64,000 bases of DNA from Bugula neritina (lineage: Eukaryota > Animalia > Bryozoa), in the NCBI GenBank assembly GCA_964035545.1, contig OZ037770.1, forward strand, positions 3,256,662 through 3,320,661, read 5' to 3'. Shown here one piece after another: positions 44,232-64,000 of this stretch. The translations under genes were made by a program, and so were the position numbers. The notes under the pieces are model-generated. The model had not been told where the DNA came from. It worked only from the letters and a program-made list of their open reading frames with translations, and did no database searches. Every line of letters begins with the position of its first letter. Position 1 is the stretch's first letter.

Positions 44232-46633
44232 CTAAACTTTCCGGACACCTGTTGCTCTATGATCCTTTCCTGAGAAATCAACCCAAATAGAATCTTTCTT
44301 TGCGTCAACCAGTTGATCGCCCTTCAAGATGATGACGTTGTGATTTTGCTTTTTGGAGATAGAGTCAGTTATGACCTTCCCATTAGACCGCATCACCGAG
44401 ATGTACACAATTCTCTTTCTAGACGGGCCGATGTAGAACTTCAGATGCATTTTGGGAACTAATTTGCAATATCCTGCTTCTATTTTATTCCAGTCCCACG
44501 CCAGCTCAGCGTCAGAACTTACACTTGTTCCTCCTGAAAGAAAGAGTTGTAAGGAACTGCATTTCCTCTGTATATTTGGAAGCAGTTGCAGTGATGGAGA
44601 AATTTACAAAAAAAATAGTCATATTTTGCAAGAGCTTAACGTTCTACTTCAAATCAAAAATTGTAGGTAAATAGCAACTTGCTCTAAAGTTGTTTTCTGT
44701 TGCTCTAAAAACTCATATAGTTGTTTATTGCTACTATAATCAACATTTAGTTTCATTTTTACAAGCCCACTGCAAAACATTGAATTTTTGATGCATAGAA
44801 AGAACCACTTCAAATTATTTCAACAGCCTTCGATTTTATAGCTACCATAAATATAAAAGTTGCTTGAAGCATTGAAATTGAAAATCATCAGGGCCGCCAT
44901 GGGGTAGTGGTTATAGCGCTAGCGTAGCACACATGAGGTCAGTGATTTGAGTTCAAACACTCAGTGATGTTAGAAGGGGTACATTTAGTCAAAATTGCCA
45001 CGTCATAAAAAGTCTATAGCCTGCCTTAAAAGAATCCATCATTGGTTCTCACAGGAGTTGAAATTGAAAATCAAAGGAATTGGATGCTCTCTGAGCAGTC
45101 ACTAAAAAGAAAGAAATGCTATTGCCCTCTAATATCTTTAGCTTACCTTATTAAAAATGATATTAAATTGATTTAATACCAGTCACTCAAAAATTTCACT
45201 TGATCATCATTGCATTTCTTATGTTCATATCCAAAAAGATTTCCCAATGTTATTCTTCCTCATGCTCCCATGCAAATACTTTTATCATTCATGCTCCTAT
45301 AAGGTCTACTATACTGTTATTTTAGTATTGTCTATTATTTGGTCATATACTGTTAATATTGATTTTCTTACTTTGATTTCCCTCTCTGTATATACTTGCT
45401 ATTCAGTGTTATACGTTTTTTATGTACTCCCATACTCCTATTATTTGATCTGTTATTGTTATTATTAATTTTCTTCTGCAGCTATTAGTGCCTCTCCTAA
45501 TTTTATTACAGTACTTGTTCTCACACTGCATTATTAACTCTCGTATCCTATTCTCATGCTGCAGTATTTGAGTACACAACTCAAATGGCAATTAAGGTTG
45601 CTTGTGTATTTGCATTATATTTTATAAGTTAGTTTATAATTTAACAAGTCAAGAGGTGGCTATACATTTACGTTTTTCATTCAACACTTGAATTTAGCCG
45701 AGTTGATTACTTCACTGATCAGTTGCTTTGCATTGTAAAAGCTGCATTCATCAAATTTCTGTTTTATGATAACTTATTTATCTGATTTCAAGCTTATTGT
45801 CAAAAGAAAGGATGAATCCGTTTAGGTATCTGTAGTTGTTTATCACTTTTGACTAGGTTGCTACTCGTGAAATATATAGTCAAGTAACAGCTTCAAAAGT
45901 TATAGTTCTATCAGCTATATAAAAGTTATAGAGCCACACCGAGCGTAGTTTTGCAGATGAAAAGTTGCACCACAAGTAGAAAAAGTGTCCACTATACACG
46001 AACATCATGCCTTGAGATTGTTGAACGACAAGTACAAATGTTTTCTCTCGTCGATACTTAATTGGCTGACTTATTTAGCGAGCCCACTTTTCTTTAGTGC
46101 CACGAATTGCACGCTTTGAGAATGCTGAATAATTTAACATTCTCAACACGTGTAATTAGTGTACAGTGGACACTTTTTTCTACTTGCGGTGCAATTTTTT
46201 GTCTGAGGAAATGCGCCCATGCGGTGGCCCTACACTAAATGTCCTCACATATCAGTTTTACGCAATTCACTTGAAATGTATGATGTTGCATTTCCAGTGA
46301 GTCATGTATTCTATTATTAGACAGTGAGCTTTATCATCAATATTAAGTCAAAGGATTGCAGTAAAATTATAAAAGGTCCTTATGGCAGGTACGATCAACT
46401 TAAACTCGGTACCTAATCTTTCAGCCAATGTATAAGCAAGCCCTCGCACAAACAACATTTATATTACACACTCTGTTGCTGTTGATCAGAAAACTATGTG
46501 TCTGAAGCTCACCTGAAGTTGATGCGTTTCTCGTCAAATTAAAAGTTTTCAAATAGCTTCTTTCTATATCAACTTTGACGTAAATGTCTTTGTCAGTAGC
46601 GTTTGCAACGACAGTGGACGTGGTAATACCCAT
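44232..46633 (-). CDS. Uncharacterised 140-aa protein, 2 exons, N-myristoylation-like start
   Basis: Exons 46513-46633 and 44232-44533 join in phase 1 (TCAG/gtgag..tttcag/GAGG), giving 423 nt with no stops; MGITTS start; TATAAATA at ~46715-46722. Confidence 0.75.
44891..45060 (+). mobile_element. tRNA-derived SINE
   Basis: GGGCCGCCATGGGGTAGTGGTTATAGCG (A box) ... GAGTTCAAAC (B box), followed by a non-tRNA body. Confidence 0.55.
45650..46415 (+). mobile_element. Diverged copy of the 49693-50142 element, interrupted by a MITE
   Basis: Shares AATTT.GCCG.GTTGA, GTTGC.TTGCATTGTAAAAGC, TGATAACTTA and terminal TAAACTCGGTAC with 49693-50142. Confidence 0.6.
45931..46230. mobile_element. MITE of the same family as 4251-4579, opposite orientation
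   Basis: GAGCCACACC...GGTGGCCC termini, TA flanks, CAAGTAG.AAAGTGTCCACT TIR core; internal TAATTGGCTG..AGCGAGCCCA shared. Confidence 0.8.
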
Positions 46634-47559
46634 AATGCAGAGAATCTATAGTTACACCTCTTAGCCGTAGAAATTGCCTATATGTAAGTTGCAAAGTGAA
46701 AGCATATGCACTTCTATTTATACGCTATTGTTGTCTGTTAAAAATGCCTTTGTAGAAACTTAGCACGTGCATGAGCACGTGCAATGTAAAGATTTGCTCA
46801 TTATTCTTATTCAATAGTTTTAAATAGACTTTCTTTTATCCATGCCTCATAGATATTGTTATAACAATTGCAACTTGCGCTTACATGTTCACTTTTAAGT
46901 CTGCTCAGGCAGCATAGACTTATTTTGTCAGATTGAACTATAACTATATGAGAAATATGAATCTTATGATTCACACCCCCCCCCCACTTCCATATCAATT
47001 ATATTACTTTCATGATTATGTATAGTAATTAAGTAAAAGAAAGATGCCCTTCTCAAAAGTATGGATTGTTAACTTAGTTCGTGAACTGTAACCTATACTA
47101 TTAGATAAATTTATTCTAGGCTATCAAGCAGTGATGCTTATAATGCATCTCAATCAGTTTAACTGCTGTTATAAATTATATTCTCGAAGTGTACAGTTTG
47201 AAAACCAACAAAATCTAAATGACTTAATCTTTTGAATTATTCACTGATTTCAAATTTAAGTTAAAAGCAAGAAATAGCCACATCCCACGTTAAAGGTGTT
47301 CCTATGAAAAATATACTGTGAAAATCAACTGATCAGAAATTTAATTTAGTAATATAAATTAGAGTTTTCTTTGCAATTGAAATAAGAATAAGCTTTTAAA
47401 GTCAGTTTGATTTTTAAAGATGTTTTGGTTTGTGTAAAGAATTGTAGCAATTTTAGTACAATGTAAATACTTTTGAAGTATTGTACAACGCAAGATTGCA
47501 TGTAATAGTTTTTTTATTAGTTTTGTATATTTTTTTGAAAGTGTTTGTTATGTGTGCAT

Positions 47560-48232
<673 letters not shown>

Positions 48233-49089
48233 TTCTCAAGACACTATAGATGTCTTATAGGTTCCACTAGTCTACTATAAGCAGGTACTCTTATTTAAAA
48301 AAAAGAAAGAACTCTTTAAATTAATTTAAACATTCACAACATGAAATTCAGGAGTCTAGAACTAATGCAATACTCAACCTCATGAACTCAAGTGAGTCTC
48401 TTCTCTATTTATTGCACGACAAAAAGCTTCCATACTTTTTTCCTCAATGCTTGATTACATGATTTAGTGCTTGACTGCACCAGCATAATTTATTGGTTTT
48501 TCCTAATTATGATTAATAGCTTGATCGAATTAGCTTGTATAGCCCCAATAGAAATGCATGGTTAATCAATGCATTCCGATGAATATCAACATGACAGCTA
48601 TAATCATGCTTAATTTAGACAATATATAGTAAATATTGCATGTCAAACACACATAGCAATATTAGCTCAGCATGAGCACAACAGCGATTGCTAATATTTC
48701 GCCTTCCTAAGTGTATGCGCTAATCTATAAAATATGACTGCACTGAAATTGAATAGCGTAGTACTAGTGCACTATTGATTTGGTCGTGTACTAATGTAGG
48801 TGAACTATCTGATGATATCTTAGCATGAACACTGCATGTGCTGTGGTGAAAGTACACTTTGAAGTGCTTGCATGTACTTTTGAAAGTGTGGAACAACTAA
48901 TAAACATAAGAAAAGAATAGATGTATATAATATGCTTCAATTATAATAATGCTCTATTGAAAGGAAATTGTGACGTACTGAATAAACCTAGTTTTACTAG
49001 GATAGGACTGCACTATAAATATATAATGAGTCATTAGCATGGAGTTACACCTGTAGTTGTTATATAATTAGTTACTGAGACAGAACTAC

Positions 49090-49270
49090 ACACACAAACA
49101 CACACAAAACGCACACTCAACACACACACGCACACACTCACACACACACACACACGCACACACGCGCACACGCACACACGCACACATGCACGCACGCACA
49201 CACGCACGCACTCACACACTCACACACACATACATGCACGCACAGGCAAACACACACAAGCACGCACATA
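49090..49270. repeat. Degenerate (CA)n/(CACG)n repeat
   Basis: Seen directly. Confidence 0.9.
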
Positions 49271-49692
49271 TCATATGCACTACATCCACTACATCCGCTA
49301 CATACAAACTACATGCACTACATTTATTGAATTACTTTAAGAATGAGTGAATTAGCATTGTATTGCTTCATATGTAAACAATTATAGTTGGAAGTTAGTT
49401 AGAATTTGATTACTCTCTAACATTTAAGTTAAAGCTTTCATGAAGAATAATTTTACCACATAGTTTAAAAACTACTTTGCATAAATAAGCAATAAACATA
49501 GTAAAGACCTTCAAAAATACAAGTAATTTTATATTTTTGAGTAATTGTTTAGACTCGGTATTTTTAACAGAAGATCAGGTCAATGCAAGCTAGTGCATGT
49601 GTAATACACAACTAGTAAACAGCATGAGTGGCAGGAAAAACATGCAGTAAGTGCCATGTATGCTGGCAATAGATTTCAAACAGAAAAGTTTT

Positions 49693-50142
49693 AAGTTGCG
49701 TTTATACCTTCACAATTTTTGGTCAAAATTTCAATTTGGCCGGGTTGAAATTTCTCCGAGTTGCATTGCATTGTAAAAGCCACTCGTTGAAATTTTTGTA
49801 CTGTGATAACTTAATCGGCCAATTTTGGAATAGGAGTAATAACTCCTTGTAAACATCGTTATTTAGTTATTACTTTGGTGATTAGACAACGTACTTATAC
49901 GGTTATAATTATATAGCCTACGCCTTCTCAATTATCGCTTTTATGCTTTCCGCTTCACTAATTCACGACATTTACAAAGGGCATCAAATAGCTATTATGC
50001 GAGTCAAATTTCAATTTCAGAAAGTGAGCAACCGCATCAATATGATTTCAACGAGTTTAAGTTTGACTATAAAGGGGTACCCGGAAAAGCGTTATTAACC
50101 TAAACTCGGTACTTTTTTCAACAGAGGTATAAACGCAACTTT
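49693..50142. mobile_element. Non-autonomous DNA transposon, possibly Kolobok-like
   Basis: 17-bp TIR AAGTTGCGTTTATACCT...AGGTATAAACGCAACTT in TTAA-like flanks (TTTA/TTAG). Confidence 0.7.
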
Positions 50143-51237
50143 AGATGGAACATAGACGTGTTTTCAGCAACTAATTATATAATCTCTAAATTACATTTCG
50201 TGGCGGCAAGAAATGCTCCGACATTAGTTATGTTGAGAAAAAGAAATCCAAACTAAGAGCCAACTTTCTAAAATTGCTACATGAGTTGTTATCAGAATTG
50301 GTAAAAATATGAAAACTATTTTCAAAGTGTATACATTCAAACCTGCATATAGAGTTGTCTTCTCTTAGCTACAACACTAAAAAGAAAACCATGCATTGTA
50401 ATGGGAGTTATCATCTCATATAATTTTAGAAAATAGAGATCGGAATTGAAAAGTGGTGAAAAGAAAAAGAGGTATACGAATTCAAAGAGTAGAATGTAAA
50501 TAAAAGTGAAAAAAGAAACTAAAAATAACAAATGTAAGAATAATAAAATATCTTTTAAGGCAATACTGTTAACATATTTTCAGCAGATATTAGAGTTATG
50601 ATGTGTTGGATTTTTAGACTTGCATTGCTTATAGATACTATTATAATACACATACCATACGTGGCACTAATTATACTAGTTTAGAGTTCTGATGGAATTA
50701 ACCACATATTTTTGGTTGTTGTTAAACATTTAGTGTAGCTTCCCCTCTCCCCTCACAGTCAAATATACAAAATGTTGTTTTTATTTTGCAAAACTGAATT
50801 ATTCTTAAAAATATTATAACATTTATGAAATGTTTTAAATTGAAGTTTTTAAAAAATTTGCTTGAGAACTGTATAAAAATATAATTAAGCTGATTTCCAA
50901 ACTTGCATATGCTCATGAATTCCAAGCCTTTAAAATTGGGAAAGCAACCCTTGGTAATTGTTAGGCAATGATGCAATAATGCATAATGAAAACATGATAT
51001 TGATAAACTGGATATTATAAATTATTTATCAGATGTCACCATTGAAAATGTTTATGAATAATAGTCGACAGCTGATTTTGGATTTAGATTAATAATATAA
51101 ATACAAAGCGGAACTAATTTATTTTGTAAAGTTATCTGCACTTTTCTGTTAATTATTGTTTCTCTTTGGTTATAAGATGCATATATAACTTACGTTATAT
51201 TGACAGAATCAATAAATAAGTTTTATATGAAAATATA

Positions 51238-51290
<53 letters not shown>

Positions 51291-51299
<9 letters not shown>

Positions 51300-51491
51300 G
51301 TATACGAGAAACATTGTTATTTATTACTTTATTAGGTAAAGTAATTACACTGATATTTCGGGTACCACTGTACCCATCTTCAGAGTAGCAATGCTACTCT
51401 GAAGATGGGTACAGTGGTACCCGAAATATCAGTGTAATTACTTTACCTAATAAAGTAATAAATAACAATGTTTCTCGTATACCTATTTATA
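51291..51491. repeat. Perfect palindrome (100-bp arms, 1-nt centre), likely a Penelope-like pLTR inverted repeat
   Basis: Arms are exact reverse complements around A51391; (TA)n tracts at 51242-51292 and 51524-51646. Confidence 0.93.
51392..51436 (+). ncRNA. Minimal type I hammerhead ribozyme motif, mirrored on the minus strand at 51346-51390
   Basis: CUGAAGA (51399-51405), extra U, stem II GGGUAC-AGUG-GUACCC, GAAA (51423-51426), AUC triplet (51428-51430), stem I UACU/AGUG. Confidence 0.65.
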
Positions 51492-51520
51492 ATCAAATTG
51501 CTAGCTCGTAAAGATATATT

Positions 51521-51652
<132 letters not shown>

Positions 51653-52012
51653 GTAATAAGCAATTAATTAGGTTATTATCGTTCTGCATTTGTGACCTAA
51701 GCATTTATACAACTGTCATTTTTATCATGAATGAATTAAGAAACTACTAAATAGTACTTTGGGTTTAACAAAAAATGTTTATTCCAAAATTAATTAACAA
51801 TTTAATTTATCAACAAAAATTATTCACTATGAAATGATAACAATTGTAATTCAACCATCATTATTGTGTTATGCGAAGTAGCAATAGTTTTACTATCAAA
51901 AGCTTGATCGATATTTTAAAAACGTCTTTTAAATTTCAGTAGGTGTTTTATAAACATAGATTTGCATGGGCTATAGGGTAACTCTTCTGAATGAAAGTAT
52001 CTCCCCCCTTCG

Positions 52013-60185
<8,173 letters not shown>

Positions 60186-60338
60186 TTATAACAAGTATAT
60201 ATTTGAATTAGAAGGTGACCCTTTAACGGTTATAGACTGAGTATGTGCGAGTATCTCCTTCTCCCTTGCTATATACGCTGCACAGTTAAAATACTCCAGC
60301 ATTTGACTCGAAGATGAACTCTTGTGTTCACAGGTCAT
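60186..60338 (-). promoter_or_regulatory. Upstream ORF (50 codons), in frame with and abutting the transporter ATG
   Basis: MTCEHKSSSSSQMLEYFNCAAYIAREKEILAHTQSITVKGSPSNSNIYLL then TAA-ATG; lies just 3' of a TTTTAG acceptor at ~60345. Confidence 0.55.
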
Positions 60339-60936
60339 TAAACTCTAAAATTGAAACAACTTCTATACAATTAGCAAGCTTATATTTGCCAGAGTGAAAC
60401 CATTTTCAACTAGTTACAAGGCATGCACCTATTGCCCACATTCATAGACTATCAAAGACTATAAAGTTTGTGCATGATGAATTATAATTTTATAACAATG
60501 CATTCATTCATGCAAGACATCAAGTCTACTCTAATATATATATCAAAGATTTTCATCAATCGGGCTCAAGAAAATCAGCATATCTGAAGTGTATACTGTA
60601 GATTTATCTGATCTCAAATTCTAAACAAATAACAAAGAACTAAGAAACGTGGGCAGGGAGAACGAACCGGAGATTGAAATTGAAGAAGAGTGAATAATTC
60701 AGAAGAGATACTTATAATAATTGAAACAAACTCTTTACTAGTACTTAAGTATACACCTACTAACTAATAACTCAAATGCTAACTGCCCTTATACTTAGAG
60801 ACTGACAAGAGACTGAGACAAAGGCTGTAATTGCTACGAACACAGGGTGTCATCCCAGATAGACGCTTCCCAGTTAAACGTTATTTATTTATATTGGTAC
60901 AATATATATCGTATGAGCAATTTATTTGAATGTTTT

Positions 60937-61052
<116 letters not shown>

Positions 61053-62742
61053 AGTAATATCGCCAGTACCAAAGTAAGCCTACCTCTACAATGTCATCAA
61101 TATCATATGGCAATGTTTAAACCGCTAATTGTGATTACGTTAGATAGCTCATTATCTGAAAACCTCTGTGGTACAGCACAGGAAGTGCTATGACTTCTTA
61201 CAGTGCTTCCTCCATAACCGATGGTTCATGTTGTGACAAAATGACTTCTCTGATTGGTCTATTAGAGTTATTGCGTAGCAATAACTAAAAGTAGTATATT
61301 ATTGCATATTCATCTACCCATATCACTATAGCCTTGAGTGCTACTACTTGGTCTATAATTGGAAGTTGATTAGTACAGGGGTACCACTTTCATTATTTAT
61401 CATTATATAGGATAACATATAATGAAAGTGTGTGTAAGTATATCTATTTATATATATGTATTATCATTAAACCCAGATATTCTTATACTTATAATTTAAT
61501 ACAATATATTTTTTAGTTTGCAGTTATTACTATTACTATTAGTTATGATTTAATTGCTTTTAAAGTTTTAGTGTTAGCTTTAGCTAATTATAGTTACGCA
61601 CTTCCAGCAGATATTTCAGAACGAGGCCGTTCTAATTGCAAAGTAGAAACTGGCTTTTTTCAAATCAGAGAATACATAGTGTTTTGTGTTTTTGCAGATT
61701 AGATACTGTACCATAATGTAATATATTTACAGATAATATTATGCTGGTATAGACAATATAGTAGAGTTAACAGTTTGTGTAAGCTATGCGTGGTAAATAA
61801 TTTACCAGCCTAATGTAATCTGACATAGTGTTGGTACACTATATAATTTAATTCCCGCAGGAAGTCAGAGTTTTTGGAAAATGTGCTATATTCTTGAAAC
61901 AATAAATAACTAAAGATGTATGAGGCCTTTTTTCTTTTTTATGCTTAACTATTACTTCTGTATTTCACAAGTTATACCTTTAAGATATTCCACCAAGTCG
62001 CTGAAATATGGCTCCGTTGGTGCTGAGGTTTCTTTGCCTTCTTGAGATTTTCAGTGAGATGACTGCTGTGACAGGTTGATGTAACTATAAATCATTATAT
62101 CTGCTCTGCTCTGCCACGGCATGTAGACTACACTGTATCTACAAAATTCAAGAAAGAATGTTGAATAAATATTCTGAAAGCAATGGATTTGAGTACCGCT
62201 GAAATCGAAATTTGCAAATGAGCTAGGCATCATGATACTACATAAAAATTGTTTTTAACAAGAAATGCAATAATATACTAAACGTATGATTTACAGCTCT
62301 TTGACCAATACAAATATAATATGCTTAGTAATATGGTATTATAAAAGTAATTGTAGTATAGGGATAATTTTACGTACATGTTTTTGTTCACGTGTTGGGA
62401 TTTGTAATTTTAACCTCTCCTTACATGAACATTAATTGGTAGACAAACGTGAATAAAACTGGAGTGTATATATTTATTCAATCATACTAACATATGAATG
62501 ACATTTAATATTAATTATATACTTGATAAATTATACACCTAGCTGGTGTTTATTTTACTTATAAAGTCTAATATCTACAAGGTCAACGCGTGGACAACAA
62601 CTAATATACATATTATATATTATATAATTTTTGTTATAAAGCATATACAGTCTAGACTTATGGTACAATTAATGCTGGTATAACTTATGAGTCCCGAAGA
62701 TCCTTCTACGATCAAAGCCAAGAAGGTCTCATCAAAAATTCT

Positions 62743-62879
62743 TTTCCTAGTGAATTGTTTGATCTGAAGCTGTGGGTCAACCAGCAACTTGCTTAGTTGG
62801 TCAAAACCAACAACTCCTTTCCTAGTGCATTGTTTGATCTGAAGCGGTGGGCCAACCAGCAACTTACTTGGTTGATCAA
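62743..62879. repeat. Two-copy tandem repeat, 75-bp period
   Basis: TTTCCTAGTG.ATTGTTTGATCTGAAGC.GTGGG.CAACCAGCAACTT at 62743 and 62818. Confidence 0.85.
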
Positions 62880-64000
62880 TCATTGCTTATATATCCTGGA
62901 AACTCAAAACCCTGACTATAAAAGGCAGCACAGATGTAGCAACAATAGCGTTGGTCAGAGTTGGTAGGAAGAGTTAAGAAAGGTTAGCGTTGGTTAGCGG
63001 CTGGAGGAGTTGGCGATGTCAATAATCGGAGCAATCACAGTGTGTTGAGTTTTTGTGTGACATAACTTGGACTACATTTAGTTAATTAAATATAATTAAT
63101 TTCAGACTGAAGAGTTTTACTGTAAGTAACTTGATCTAATTTTTGTGACGTGTTAATTTTTTGTTATTATTTGTTTTGCTATTGAATAAATTGTACTTAA
63201 AAAAGCTATCACTGAGTTGAGAAATTTGTTTTGAAGTCACATAAATCACACTTGAAGGAATATTATTGAAATTGAGAATTTATTTGAGTTAAATAAGTTG
63301 TGTTTGAGGAAACTATCTTAAAATCATTTGATCTTTAAAGTTACACCAAATTTATGTTCAACAATTGCTTATCAACTTTGGTGCCAGTATATTATACACA
63401 GCAAGATTTTGAAGAATCACTAGATATATATATTTTTTTTGGGTTTGGTTATTATAATTTTATTGGTCTTATAATTTTTGTTTTTATATTATCAAATAGA
63501 TATTCTAAAATTTATATATATAAAATTCATAGATTCGCTCATTTCCAGAGAGGCAGGTCCTAAATTTGTCTCACGAAATTTATAACATGAGTGCTACCAT
63601 TACACAATACACATAGAACTACACATATTGTTTATACGTGAATAATAATATTGCCAAACCAAACCATAAATAAACATTTGTCGAGCGGAGATAACTCTTA
63701 ATTTTATTCTACATACAGTTGCTGGATTGCACACAATAATTTTAAAAGCAAAATTATCAAGTAACATCTATATAATATTAATAATTATCTTCCTTTGATA
63801 AATTCCAGCTAATCAATTATTAAGTGAAAATTTATTTTATTTTAGGAAATAAATCTAGAAAAATACACTTTAGTAAATAATTTAATATATATAAATTTGT
63901 AATTTTATTAAAATTCAATTTGTTTTCGTTCAACAGTAGGAAAGACTTTTGTGAAAAATTCGAATAAACCGAAGTATATTAATTTCGCTTGTTTAAAAGT

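Noticed and set aside
44891-44965. Functional tRNA gene
   Set aside because: No acceptor-stem pairing or proper T-arm; continues into a SINE-like body.
45230-45600. Possible LINE RT remnant on the minus strand
   Set aside because: Only a vague KxLHG resemblance amid many stops; not supportable without a search.
62620-62883. 87-aa ORF with an internal 25-aa repeat
   Set aside because: Explained by the 75-bp DNA repeat; no splice or motif support.

Overview
AT-rich, intron-rich animal (invertebrate-like) genomic DNA with many microsatellites; not prokaryotic. Hand splicing supports five minus-strand genes: an 11-exon, 601-aa GPI-anchored RGM/hemojuvelin-like protein with an atypical long N-terminus (856-9294); two 11-exon M14A pro-carboxypeptidases (24371-31227 and 36860-42785) flanking a decayed chimeric third copy; a 140-aa orphan (44232-46633); and an SLC18B1-like MFS transporter (52013-60185). 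Mobile DNA includes a full-length Ty3/Gypsy LTR element (16004-23592) with an intact extra zinc-finger ORF but a nonsense-riddled RT, a dead Tc1 element, several MITEs and tRNA-derived SINE heads. The most notable non-obvious signals are: a perfect 201-bp palindrome carrying a minimal hammerhead-ribozyme core on each strand (Penelope-like); a PTF1-type E-box+TC-box composite at the same offset in both carboxypeptidase promoters and degraded in the pseudogene; and an in-frame 50-codon uORF whose stop abuts the transporter ATG. All gene models were spliced by eye, and no database searches were run.
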